A stretch of 33,750 bases of DNA from Actinomycetota bacterium (GTDB lineage Bacteria > Actinomycetota > Actinomycetes > S36-B12 > UBA5976). The stretch lies in contig RFTO01000002.1 in NCBI GenBank assembly GCA_009923375.1, positions 1 through 33,750 on the forward strand, written 5' to 3'. The translations under genes and the position numbers were made by a program. Shown here piece after piece: positions 26,579 through 33,750 of this stretch. Each line of letters starts with the position of its first letter. Within the stretch, counting starts at the first letter, position 1. The notes under the pieces were generated by a model. That model saw only the letters and a program-made list of their open reading frames with translations, made no database searches and was not told the origin of the DNA.

Positions 26579-27729
26579 TGTTCAACACCTCGCTGTCTGA
26601 AGAAGTGGAGGAACTGCGCATCCAGGTCGCGCGCTTCGCTGACGATGTCGTCGCGCCGGTTGCCGCGCTGCACGACGAGCAGAAGTCGTTTCCCTATGAA
26701 GTCGTCACACAGATGGCGCAGATGGGGTTATTTGGTCTGCCTTTCCCTGAGGAACTCGGCGGCATGGGTGGTGACTACCTCACTTTGTGCGTCGCGTTAG
26801 AGGAACTGGCGCGAGTCGATCAGAGTGTGTCCATCACCCTGGAGGCTGCGGTCTCCCTCGGCGCGATGCCTGTTTACCGCTTCGGAAACGATGAGCAAAA
26901 GCGACGCTGGTTGCCCGATTTGATTGCAGGCAAAGCTTTGGGGGCATTCGGTCTCACTGAAGCAGGGGCAGGCAGTGATGCGGGCGCTTTACGCACAACT
27001 GCCGTCCACGATGGCGACGGCTGGATCATCAACGGGACCAAGGAGTTCATCACGAACTCCGGCACCACGATGACCACTCTGATCACGGTGCTCGCAGTCA
27101 CAGGCACAACAGCGGTCGGGCGTCCAGAGTTCACATCGTTTCTGGTGCCAGCAGACGCGGCCGGAGTACAGGTGCAGCCGGCGTACAACAAGGTTGGTTG
27201 GAATGCCAGCGACACCCACCCCATCACCTTCACGGATGTGCGCGTTGGCGCTGACGCGTTACTCGGTGAGCGCGGCCGCGGTTATGCGAACTTCCTATCC
27301 ATCCTCGACGAGGGTCGCATTGCGATCGCCGCACTCGCGACCGGCGCCGCACAAGGGTGTGTTGACGAGAGTGTGAAATACGCCAATGCACGTGAGGCTT
27401 TTGGAAGGCCGATCAGCGAATTTCAATCAATCTCCTTCATGATCGCGGACATGGAAGCGCGCGCACAGGTGTCGCGAGCCATGTGGCGTCATGCAGCGTC
27501 GTTAATGCAGCGAGGCTTACCGTTTAAGAAGGAAGCAGCAATCGCGAAGCTCACAGCGGCAGATGCGGCGATGCAAAACGCGCGCACGGCCACTCAGATC
27601 CACGGAGGCTACGGCTTTATGAACGAATACCCCGTGGCCCGCCACTACCGGGACAGCAAGATCCTGGAGATCGGCGAAGGGACCAACGAGGTGCAGCGCA
27701 TCCTCATCGCCCGCGAGTTGGGATTGTGA
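26578..27729 (+). CDS. liuA: Acyl-CoA dehydrogenase, probably isovaleryl-CoA dehydrogenase
   Basis: Acyl-CoA dehydrogenase fold, 383 aa, with a C-terminal catalytic-Glu region ILEIGEGTNEVQRILIAREL. ATGA overlap with the lyase gene. The substrate assignment comes from context only. Confidence 0.8.
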   Translation: MFNTSLSEEVEELRIQVARFADDVVAPVAALHDEQKSFPYEVVTQMAQMGLFGLPFPEELGGMGGDYLTLCVALEELARVDQSVSITLEAAVSLGAMPVYRFGNDEQKRRWLPDLIAGKALGAFGLTEAGAGSDAGALRTTAVHDGDGWIINGTKEFITNSGTTMTTLITVLAVTGTTAVGRPEFTSFLVPADAAGVQVQPAYNKVGWNASDTHPITFTDVRVGADALLGERGRGYANFLSILDEGRIAIAALATGAAQGCVDESVKYANAREAFGRPISEFQSISFMIADMEARAQVSRAMWRHAASLMQRGLPFKKEAAIAKLTAADAAMQNARTATQIHGGYGFMNEYPVARHYRDSKILEIGEGTNEVQRILIARELGL

Positions 27730-27781
27730 GCATGCGGGAGTCGAGCACGTTGTCGCTTGTGCAGAGCAGGACAATCTGAGC

Positions 27782-28540
27782 ATGAGCGATCTGGTGACTT
27801 ACGAATCACTCGACCATGTTGCGACGCTGACGATGCGTCGCCCAGATGCGCGAAACGCTCTCAACCAAGAAATGCGCAATGGACTTCGCGCGGGCTTTGA
27901 AACTTTCGCCGCCGATCACGCCGCCAAGGTGCTCGTTCTCGCTGGCGATGGCGCCACTTTCTGCGCCGGCGGCGACTTAAAGGAAATGTCGGCGACCGGA
28001 TTGCAGATGCCCGCTGACGATTACATCCCGACGATCCGCGAATTCGATTGCGATAAGCCAGTCATCGCGGCTGTTCAAGGCGGCGCACTAGGTGGAGGTT
28101 TCTGCCTCGCGCTGTGGTGCGATCTTGTGGTGGCAAGTGAGGACGCGTCGTTCGGTGTGGCTGAAGCGAAGTGGGGCAGAGGCGCGCCCTGGGCATCACC
28201 GTTAGCGGAGCTGATCGGACCACGCGCTGCAATGCAGTTGTTGACCACAGCCGAACCAGTCTCGGCTCTACGCGCTTACGAGATTGGCCTTGTCAATGAA
28301 GTCGCCCCAACTGGAAGTCACATGGCCGCCGCACACCGGATGGCGCGGACTATCGCAGCACTTGCGCCGCTGTCAGTTCAGGCAGGTGTGCGGATGATCC
28401 GTCGCGCACTTGAGCACAACACAGCGCAGTTGCGCGATGAGGTTCGAACGATGTGGGAGCCGGTGTACGCGAGCGAAGACGCGCAGGAGGGGCCGCGCGC
28501 ATTCGCGGAAAAGCGTCCACCCCAATGGCAAGGAAGATAG
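27782..28540 (+). CDS. liuC: Enoyl-CoA hydratase/isomerase family protein, probably methylglutaconyl-CoA hydratase
   Basis: Crotonase motif FCAGGDLKEM with later GGGF and the oxyanion-hole region. The specific substrate is inferred from operon context. Confidence 0.7.
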   Translation: MSDLVTYESLDHVATLTMRRPDARNALNQEMRNGLRAGFETFAADHAAKVLVLAGDGATFCAGGDLKEMSATGLQMPADDYIPTIREFDCDKPVIAAVQGGALGGGFCLALWCDLVVASEDASFGVAEAKWGRGAPWASPLAELIGPRAAMQLLTTAEPVSALRAYEIGLVNEVAPTGSHMAAAHRMARTIAALAPLSVQAGVRMIRRALEHNTAQLRDEVRTMWEPVYASEDAQEGPRAFAEKRPPQWQGR

Positions 28541-28614
28541 TCAACGAAAGCAACGAACGCCTTAACCAGCCAGTGATTGGCCACAACGTCCGACGAGATG
28601 TCAGGTAGGTGCTT

Positions 28615-29409
28615 ATGAGCACGTTCAGCAAAGTGACAGATGGCGCGACAGCTGTCGCGGATATCCCTGACGGCGCCTCAATCGCCGTCGGTGGTTTCGG
28701 ACTCTGTGGCGTCCCGACCTATCTCATCGATCAGGTGCTGGCATTGCCGGTCGGCAACTTCACGGTCATCTCCAACAACTGCGGGTTAGATGACGCAGGT
28801 GTTGGGTTGTGGCTCGCAGCTGGCAAGACGATGAAGATGATCTCCTCTTATGTAGGGGAGAACGAGACTTTCGAGCGAATGTACCTACAAGGTGACTTGC
28901 ATGTGGAGCTGACTCCGCAAGGGACCTTGGCGGAGAAGCTGCGTGCTGGCGGCGCCGGAATCCCAGCGTTTTACACCGCCACTGGAGTCGGCACAGTGGT
29001 CGCCGAGGGTGGTCTGCCGTGGAAATACAACGCAGATGGCACAGTGGCTCTGGCCTCACCGGCGAAGGAGACGCGGGAATTTAAGGGCCGCACTTTTGTG
29101 TTGGAAGAAGCGCTGACGCCGGATTTTGCATTGGTCCGAGCGACTGTTGCGGACACCCTCGGCAACTGCGTGTTCCATGCCAGCACGCGTAACTTCAATC
29201 TGCCGGCAGCGATGTCCGGAGTCACCACGATCGTCGAAGCGGAACGACTTGTGCAACCAGGTGAAATCAATCCTGATGATGTGCACTTGCCGGGGATTTA
29301 TGTGAAGCGGGTGGTGGCTTTGCAAGAGCCGTGGATCAGCGATAAACGCATCGAGCGGCTGACTGTGCGTGAACCTGCACAATCGCGTGATGAGCAGGAG
29401 GGTCACTGA
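28615..29409 (+). CDS. scoA: 3-oxoacid (succinyl-CoA:acetoacetate) CoA-transferase subunit A
   Basis: The N-terminus [30 protein letters not shown] is typical of CoA-transferase family I alpha subunits. The ATG at 28615 follows an AGGTAGG RBS. Confidence 0.85.
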   Translation: MSTFSKVTDGATAVADIPDGASIAVGGFGLCGVPTYLIDQVLALPVGNFTVISNNCGLDDAGVGLWLAAGKTMKMISSYVGENETFERMYLQGDLHVELTPQGTLAEKLRAGGAGIPAFYTATGVGTVVAEGGLPWKYNADGTVALASPAKETREFKGRTFVLEEALTPDFALVRATVADTLGNCVFHASTRNFNLPAAMSGVTTIVEAERLVQPGEINPDDVHLPGIYVKRVVALQEPWISDKRIERLTVREPAQSRDEQEGH

Positions 29410-29410
29410 G

Positions 29411-30073
29411 ATGGCTTTGACGCGCAATGAGATGGCTGCCCGCGCCGCGCTCGAATTAGAGGATGGGCATTACGTCAACCTTGGCATCGGTCTACCAACC
29501 CTCGTGCCCAATTACCTCGCCGCTGGCGTGACCGTGGTGCTGCAGTCGGAGAACGGAATCTTGGGAGTCGGCCCCTACCCCGAGCGCGGCACCGAGGATG
29601 CCGATCTGGTGAATGCGAGTAAGGAGACCGTGTCGGTCCTGCCAGGTGCCTCGTTCTTCGACTCGGCCACGAGTTTCGCCATGATTCGCAGTGGCAAAGT
29701 GGATGCGGCCATCCTCGGCGCGATGCAGGTGAGCGAGCGGGGGGATCTGGCCAACTGGATGATTCCCGGCAAGATGGTCAAAGGCATGGGCGGCGCAATG
29801 GACCTCGTCCATGGCACCAAGCGCCTGATCATCCTGATGGAACATGTGGCCAAAGATGGCACCGCAAAACTTGTGCGCGAATGCAATCTGCCGTTGACGG
29901 GCCGCGGAGTTGTCCACTGCATCATCACCGATCTGGCGGTCCTGGACATCGACGAGCGCGGCTTTGTGCTGCGGGAGTGCGCACCTGGCGTGAGCGTGGA
30001 TGAGGTGCTCGCCGCCACGAATGCGGACGTCACCGTTGAACTCGCGGCCCAACAGGGTTCAATGAGCACATGA
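29411..30073 (+). CDS. scoB: 3-oxoacid CoA-transferase subunit B
   Basis: [16 protein letters not shown] and the catalytic-Glu motif LQSENGILG. It starts 1 nt after the scoA stop. Confidence 0.85.
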   Translation: MALTRNEMAARAALELEDGHYVNLGIGLPTLVPNYLAAGVTVVLQSENGILGVGPYPERGTEDADLVNASKETVSVLPGASFFDSATSFAMIRSGKVDAAILGAMQVSERGDLANWMIPGKMVKGMGGAMDLVHGTKRLIILMEHVAKDGTAKLVRECNLPLTGRGVVHCIITDLAVLDIDERGFVLRECAPGVSVDEVLAATNADVTVELAAQQGSMST

Positions 30074-30264
30074 GCACAGAAAAGAACCCGCCTGAAGGCG
30101 AAGACGCAGTGAAGGATGCCTTCCGCGAGGCACTGGAGCGGAAGAAGTCCGGCAGTGGCAACGCTAAGGGCATTGGTGGCAACGGTGGTGGTGGGAAGCA
30201 GTCGGGCTCAACTAAGGCTGCTGGCGGTCGTCGCACATTCCAACGTAAATCCGGGGCGTCGTGA
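30070..30264 (+). CDS. Small hydrophilic protein (64 aa) resembling the actinobacterial DUF5302 family
   Basis: [13 protein letters not shown] near the N-terminus, a Gly-rich middle and a C-terminal RRTFQRKSG. From memory this matches DUF5302-type proteins. It has ATGA overlap with scoB and GTGA overlap with the next gene. Confidence 0.6.
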   Translation: MSTEKNPPEGEDAVKDAFREALERKKSGSGNAKGIGGNGGGGKQSGSTKAAGGRRTFQRKSGAS

Positions 30265-31121
30265 CCTCTGGCAGTGCCGTGAGTTCAGGCTTCGCTGCAG
30301 CAATCGGCGAGCACCGCCGGATCATGGTCGCAGGTCGCAACGTGGATGTTCTGTTGCCACCCGGACCAGCAGATGTGGCGCGACCTTTATTGCTCGCCCA
30401 TGACGGGCAGAACGTGTTCGAGCCGGGTTTCTCTTTCGGTGGAGTTCCGTGGGGTGTTGATGTAGCGCTAAAGGCGCTGGTTGACTGCGACATCATTAAT
30501 GAAGCCCAGATGCCGATGGTCATCGCCCCGTGGAATCGTGACGGATTCGGTCGCGCTGCTGATTACGCACCCGAGCGCTTCGTTCGGGCTAATCCCCAGG
30601 CGCTCGCTGGATTTGAAGAGTTTTACGACCGGATCGATTGGTGCGGCGACGAGTACGTCCGCTGGTGCGCCGATGATTTGCTGCCGTTGGCCAACAATCT
30701 CGGCTATGAGATTGATCCACACAATATCGCAGTCATGGGCTCCAGCATGGGCGGACTCGCATCAGCTTATGCACTCGCTTTGCGGCCAGATATTTACTCC
30801 ACTGCGCTGTGTCTTTCCACCCACTGGCCACCCGGTGGACATGAGTTAGTTCGGCAGATGATCGATGCGCTGCCAAACCCGCAGATCGGTGCGCGCATGT
30901 GGTTTGACCATGGCGACCAAGGTCTTGATGCGAGTTACGGGGAATTCCAAGCGACAGCTGATGCCCGGATGCGAGAGCGCGGTTATGTCGAAGGATCGCA
31001 ATGGCACAGCGAGTTTTTCCTTGGCACCGATCACAATGAGCAGTCGTGGGCGGCGCGACTGCCGCAGGTGTTGGCATGGTGGCTCGACGGCAGTTCAGAG
31101 CGCGCAGTCAAATGGGACTAA
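30261..31121 (+). CDS. Alpha/beta-hydrolase esterase family protein (putative-esterase/enterochelin-esterase-like)
   Basis: LLLAHDGQNVF and the nucleophile elbow GSSMGG, followed by downstream Asp/His candidates (WFDHGD, GTDHNEQSW). 286 aa. Confidence 0.75.
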   Translation: MTSGSAVSSGFAAAIGEHRRIMVAGRNVDVLLPPGPADVARPLLLAHDGQNVFEPGFSFGGVPWGVDVALKALVDCDIINEAQMPMVIAPWNRDGFGRAADYAPERFVRANPQALAGFEEFYDRIDWCGDEYVRWCADDLLPLANNLGYEIDPHNIAVMGSSMGGLASAYALALRPDIYSTALCLSTHWPPGGHELVRQMIDALPNPQIGARMWFDHGDQGLDASYGEFQATADARMRERGYVEGSQWHSEFFLGTDHNEQSWAARLPQVLAWWLDGSSERAVKWD

Positions 31122-31125
31122 CGCG

Positions 31126-31602
31126 ATGACTTCGGTGGGCGCACATGAGCAGGTTTTCGGCTCTGCGATGAGGGCTGCCTTGGCTGAAGCCGATGTAGCT
31201 GCAGCAGCGGGTGAAGTGCCGATTGGCGCAGTCGTTATCGACGCTGACGGCACCATCATCGGTCGCGGCCACAACCAGCGGGAAACCACACATAACCCGC
31301 TTGCCCATGCTGAGGTGGTGGCGCTGCAGGCCGCAGCAGCGGCGCGGAAACGTTGGCGGTTGGACGATTGCACCTTGGTCGTCACTTTGGAGCCGTGCAC
31401 CATGTGCGCCGGCGCCATCGCGCAGGCCCGTCTGCAGCGACTGGTGTTCGGCGCCTTCGACGACAAAGCCGGTGCAGTCGGCTCACTGTGGGATGTCGTC
31501 CGCGACCCACGCCTGCCACACAGACCCGAAGTTGTCTCGGGCGTGTTGTCGGCTGAGTGCTCGGCCGTGTTATCGACCTTCTTCGCTGCCCAGCGCAACT
31601 GA
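31126..31602 (+). CDS. tadA: tRNA-specific adenosine deaminase
   Basis: Zinc-binding motifs HAEVVAL and PCTMCAGA, about 158 aa from the ATG at 31126. The track start at 30865 overlaps the esterase gene and adds a nonsense N-terminus. Confidence 0.88.
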   Translation: MTSVGAHEQVFGSAMRAALAEADVAAAAGEVPIGAVVIDADGTIIGRGHNQRETTHNPLAHAEVVALQAAAAARKRWRLDDCTLVVTLEPCTMCAGAIAQARLQRLVFGAFDDKAGAVGSLWDVVRDPRLPHRPEVVSGVLSAECSAVLSTFFAAQRN

Positions 31603-31683
31603 CCAAACCTGCTTGTGCAGGAGGCAGACGGGCGCGCGGATGCGGTGATTTACCGCGCTACCGACATCGGTAATCTTGTCTAC

Positions 31684-31773
31684 GGTGTCGTGTCCGAGCG
31701 GCCAAAGGAGCACGCCTCGAAAGCGTGTGAGGGGGCAACTCCTCCGTGGGTTCAAATCCCACCGACACCGCCA
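31684..31773 (+). tRNA. tRNA-Ser (anticodon CGA), with encoded CCA
   Basis: Hand-folded. Acceptor stem GGTGTCG/CGACACC. D-arm TCC-GAGCGGCCAAA-GGA. Anticodon stem CACGC/GCGTG with loop CTCGAAA. Long variable arm (GAGGGGGCAACTCCTCC). T-arm GTGGG-TTCAAAT-CCCAC. Discriminator G, then CCA. Confidence 0.9.
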
Positions 31774-31789
31774 AGTTTCTGACGTTGAC

Positions 31790-31839
31790 GCTTTCGCAGG
31801 ACATTGTGGGCGAAGCCTGCCGACAATGCTCTCGAAAGC
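31790..31839 (+). other. Imperfect 50-nt hairpin between tRNA-Ser and the downstream gene
   Basis: GCTTTCG (31790-31796) pairs with CGAAAGC (31833-31839), and CATTGT (31802-31807) pairs with ACAATG (31823-31828). An internal bulge separates the two stems. No U-tract. The hairpin ends 24 nt before the ATG at 31864. Confidence 0.4.
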
Positions 31840-31863
31840 ACACGAGAGCTGAGGAGACCGATC

Positions 31864-33750
31864 ATGGCGCCGCTACTGACACCTGACGCGCACGCACAGG
31901 CGATGTCATCCATGCCCCGAGTGTTGGTGGATGAAGCCCACCAGCAGGCGTACTCGATTGATATCGAGATTGCAGCGACGATGAACCCCGTCGCTCCTGC
32001 CGATAACTCCTACGCCGCAGCCGCTGCAGCATTGCGCCACCGCGGATTCAATGTAACTGCCCGCCGCGAAGGGCTGATCACCGCGCAGGTGCTCGCCACT
32101 GCGGATGTGTTTGTCTTGGTTCACCCATCAGAATCGGTGTGGGAGAAGACCACTGGGATCGGCTCGCCGCGGTTGAACGCCGATGAGCTGTCTGCCATCG
32201 GCGAGTGGGTTCGCGCTGGCGGAGGATTAGTCGTCATCGCCGAGCACGAGCAGGATAAGTACGGCAACAACCTCAATGAGCTGCTGGCGCAGTTCGGTGT
32301 CACTGTGGTGCACACAACGGTGGTCGATCCGATCAGCAATCACAACGGAGTTGCTGCATGGGCGAAGCCGCAGGTGACCACACCTGGTGAGGGAATCACC
32401 GCGGGTGTTCACCACACGGTCGTCTACCGCGCAGGCACCCTCGCCTTCGGTGCAGATGTCAATCACCGCGTGATCCTGCAGTCGTCGCCAACCGCGGAAC
32501 CTGCTGGTGCCCCACTTGCTGCTGTGGTGAATGCGGGGGAGGGTCGAGTGGTTGTCTTCGCCGACTCTGACCTCTTCAGCGACGACTCAATCTCCGATGG
32601 CGACCACGCCCGCTTGTTCACCAATGTCATCGCATGGGCCGCAGGCAGCGACGCAGCTCGCAGCGAGGCAAGTGCTGCTCCCGCCCGGATCTTGCCGCCC
32701 GCCTGGCATGACTTGAAGTCGGTCGTGACCGAGTTGCGCGAGAAGCAGAACGCCGACGGGTCGCTGGACACGGATATCCATGACGCCACAGCCGTTACCG
32801 CTTTGGTTGAGCAGATGATTGCCTCAATCGAGCAACTCGCGCCGCTGTTCCCGCACGATGCGGCGTACCTCACCGAGCTTGTCGTGGACCTGCGCCGCTG
32901 GGTGGATAGTGGCTTCGCCGTACCCGACTTCCTCTCATCCTTGATGCTGTTCCATCCGGAGGAGAACCGCCGCGATGGGGTTGAGCACCTCGTGGTCTTC
33001 CCGATGTACACGCAAAACGGCAATCTCGCGCGCGTGTTCGAAGCAGTGTGGATCGGCACTTGCTGGCCCGATTGGATCCGCCAGATCGAGGAGAACGGTT
33101 ACGCAAATGCGGCCTTCGCCCCGATCACCTTCATCGATTTCACTGCTGGCTACGACACCCACTCAGCTGTGCTCTTCCCGGAGACTGTGGCGACAAGCAG
33201 CACCCCAAAATTCACCTGGGGTGGAATCTTCTGCGATCGCGAAGCAGCTCGCTTCCGCAAGGTCACGCTGCAGGCAGCTGAGATCCTGAAGTTGGATTTG
33301 CCGGCTGATGCAGAGTTATTGCTGCGCGACCAACGGCTGGCGCAGGAGACCTACGTGTTGTGGGACCTCGTGCACGACCGCACCCACAGCCGCGGCGACC
33401 TGCCCTTCGATCCGTTCATGATCAAGCAGCGGATGCCTTATTGGCTGTATGCGCTCGAGGAGCTGCGCTGCGATCTCAACACCTTCGTGGAGATGACCGC
33501 TTTCGAGCGCGAGGGAATCCCGCACGCGACGATGGTGAAGTACGCCATCCTCTTCGACCGCCTGTTCCGCTTCCCGATCACCGGCGACCGCAAGCGCAAC
33601 TACGACGGCCTCGGCGGCCAGATCATCTTCGCCCACCTGCACCGAGCCGAGGTGGTGCGTTGGACGAACAACACCCTGCTCATCGATTGGGATCGCCTCG
33701 ACGCATGTGTTGGCGAATTGGCGCAGCGGGTGAACGAGCTCTACCGCGAG
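31864..33750 (+). CDS. Large conserved protein of unknown function; 629 aa are present and the ORF runs off the right edge. The N-terminal domain is DUF4350/GldG-like and the C-terminal region is DUF6421-like.
   Basis: Absent from the ORF track because it has no stop in the window. GAGGAG RBS. Hand translation starts MAPLLTPDAHAQAMSSMPRVLVDEAHQQAYSID, and I met no stop in frame to the last base. N-terminal strings DVFVLVHP, WVRAGGGLVVIAEHE and RVVVFADSDLFSDD resemble the DUF4350/GldG-type flavodoxin-like fold. The C-terminal part has WDLVHDRTHSRGDLPFDPFM and YALEELRCDLNTF. Family names are from memory. Confidence 0.7.
   Translation, partial: MAPLLTPDAHAQAMSSMPRVLVDEAHQQAYSIDIEIAATMNPVAPADNSYAAAAAALRHRGFNVTARREGLITAQVLATADVFVLVHPSESVWEKTTGIGSPRLNADELSAIGEWVRAGGGLVVIAEHEQDKYGNNLNELLAQFGVTVVHTTVVDPISNHNGVAAWAKPQVTTPGEGITAGVHHTVVYRAGTLAFGADVNHRVILQSSPTAEPAGAPLAAVVNAGEGRVVVFADSDLFSDDSISDGDHARLFTNVIAWAAGSDAARSEASAAPARILPPAWHDLKSVVTELREKQNADGSLDTDIHDATAVTALVEQMIASIEQLAPLFPHDAAYLTELVVDLRRWVDSGFAVPDFLSSLMLFHPEENRRDGVEHLVVFPMYTQNGNLARVFEAVWIGTCWPDWIRQIEENGYANAAFAPITFIDFTAGYDTHSAVLFPETVATSSTPKFTWGGIFCDREAARFRKVTLQAAEILKLDLPADAELLLRDQRLAQETYVLWDLVHDRTHSRGDLPFDPFMIKQRMPYWLYALEELRCDLNTFVEMTAFEREGIPHATMVKYAILFDRLFRFPITGDRKRNYDGLGGQIIFAHLHRAEVVRWTNNTLLIDWDRLDACVGELAQRVNELYRE

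Noticed and set aside
30261-31121. The esterase could be the missing kynurenine formamidase of the kynA/kynU pathway.
   Set aside because: It is 13 kb away, in a different operon on the other strand. Only the generic GxSxG hydrolase motif supports the idea, so it is pure speculation.
31684-31863. tRNA-Ser as an integration hotspot marking a genomic island.
   Set aside because: There is no integrase, recombinase or phage gene on either side. I saw no direct repeat of the tRNA 3' end in the window, and the flanking genes (tadA, the DUF6421-like gene) are conserved housekeeping-type genes.
1-33750. Search for defence systems, toxin-antitoxin pairs, biosynthetic clusters, prophage or transposon genes, and CRISPR arrays.
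   Set aside because: None of the credible ORFs shows nuclease, ATPase-defence, integrase, transposase, PKS/NRPS or phage-structural signatures. No short regularly spaced repeats were seen. The window is dominated by catabolic operons.

Overview
High-GC (roughly 60% by eye), densely coding window that looks like an actinobacterial chromosome. This is inferred from an MsiK-type ATPase, DUF5302/DUF6421-like proteins, many ATGA/GTGA overlapping gene junctions, and arginine-rich spurious antisense ORFs. I found no transposase, integrase, CRISPR array, toxin-antitoxin pair, recognisable defence genes or secondary-metabolite genes. Most of the window is ordinary catabolism, in five blocks. (1) 1-14.5 kb is a beta-glucan/beta-glucoside utilisation locus. 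It holds a leftward operon (solute-binding protein, two permeases, GH1 beta-glucosidase, LacI regulator), a divergent rightward operon (GH16, two secreted non-catalytic proteins, GH16), a linked MsiK-like ATPase, and on the far left a secreted tandem-repeat protein that runs off the window. (2) 14.6-18.6 kb is a leftward pepO (M13 peptidase)-kynU-kynA unit. (3) 18.8-21.8 kb holds a secreted protein of unknown function, a frameshifted MFS transporter and a small membrane protein. (4) 21.9-31.1 kb is a tightly packed leucine/isovalerate catabolic operon (methylcrotonyl-CoA carboxylase beta and alpha, HMG-CoA lyase, isovaleryl-CoA dehydrogenase, enoyl-CoA hydratase, ScoAB CoA-transferase). A tiny DUF5302-like ORF and an esterase are translationally coupled to its end. 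(5) tadA, tRNA-Ser(CGA) and a large two-domain conserved protein that runs off the right edge. Two long ORFs are missing from the supplied track because they have no stop inside the window (1-1982 minus strand, 31864-33750 plus strand); I translated both by hand. The best candidate for something undescribed is the glucan locus. Three paralogous secreted proteins built from the same aromatic-rich Ig-like module (TDANG..TF.L motif) sit beside two GH16 paralogs. An identical 16-bp LacI-type palindrome occurs at two promoters 6 kb apart, tying the repeat protein to the same putative regulon. All functional calls rest on motif recognition and gene context, not on database searches.
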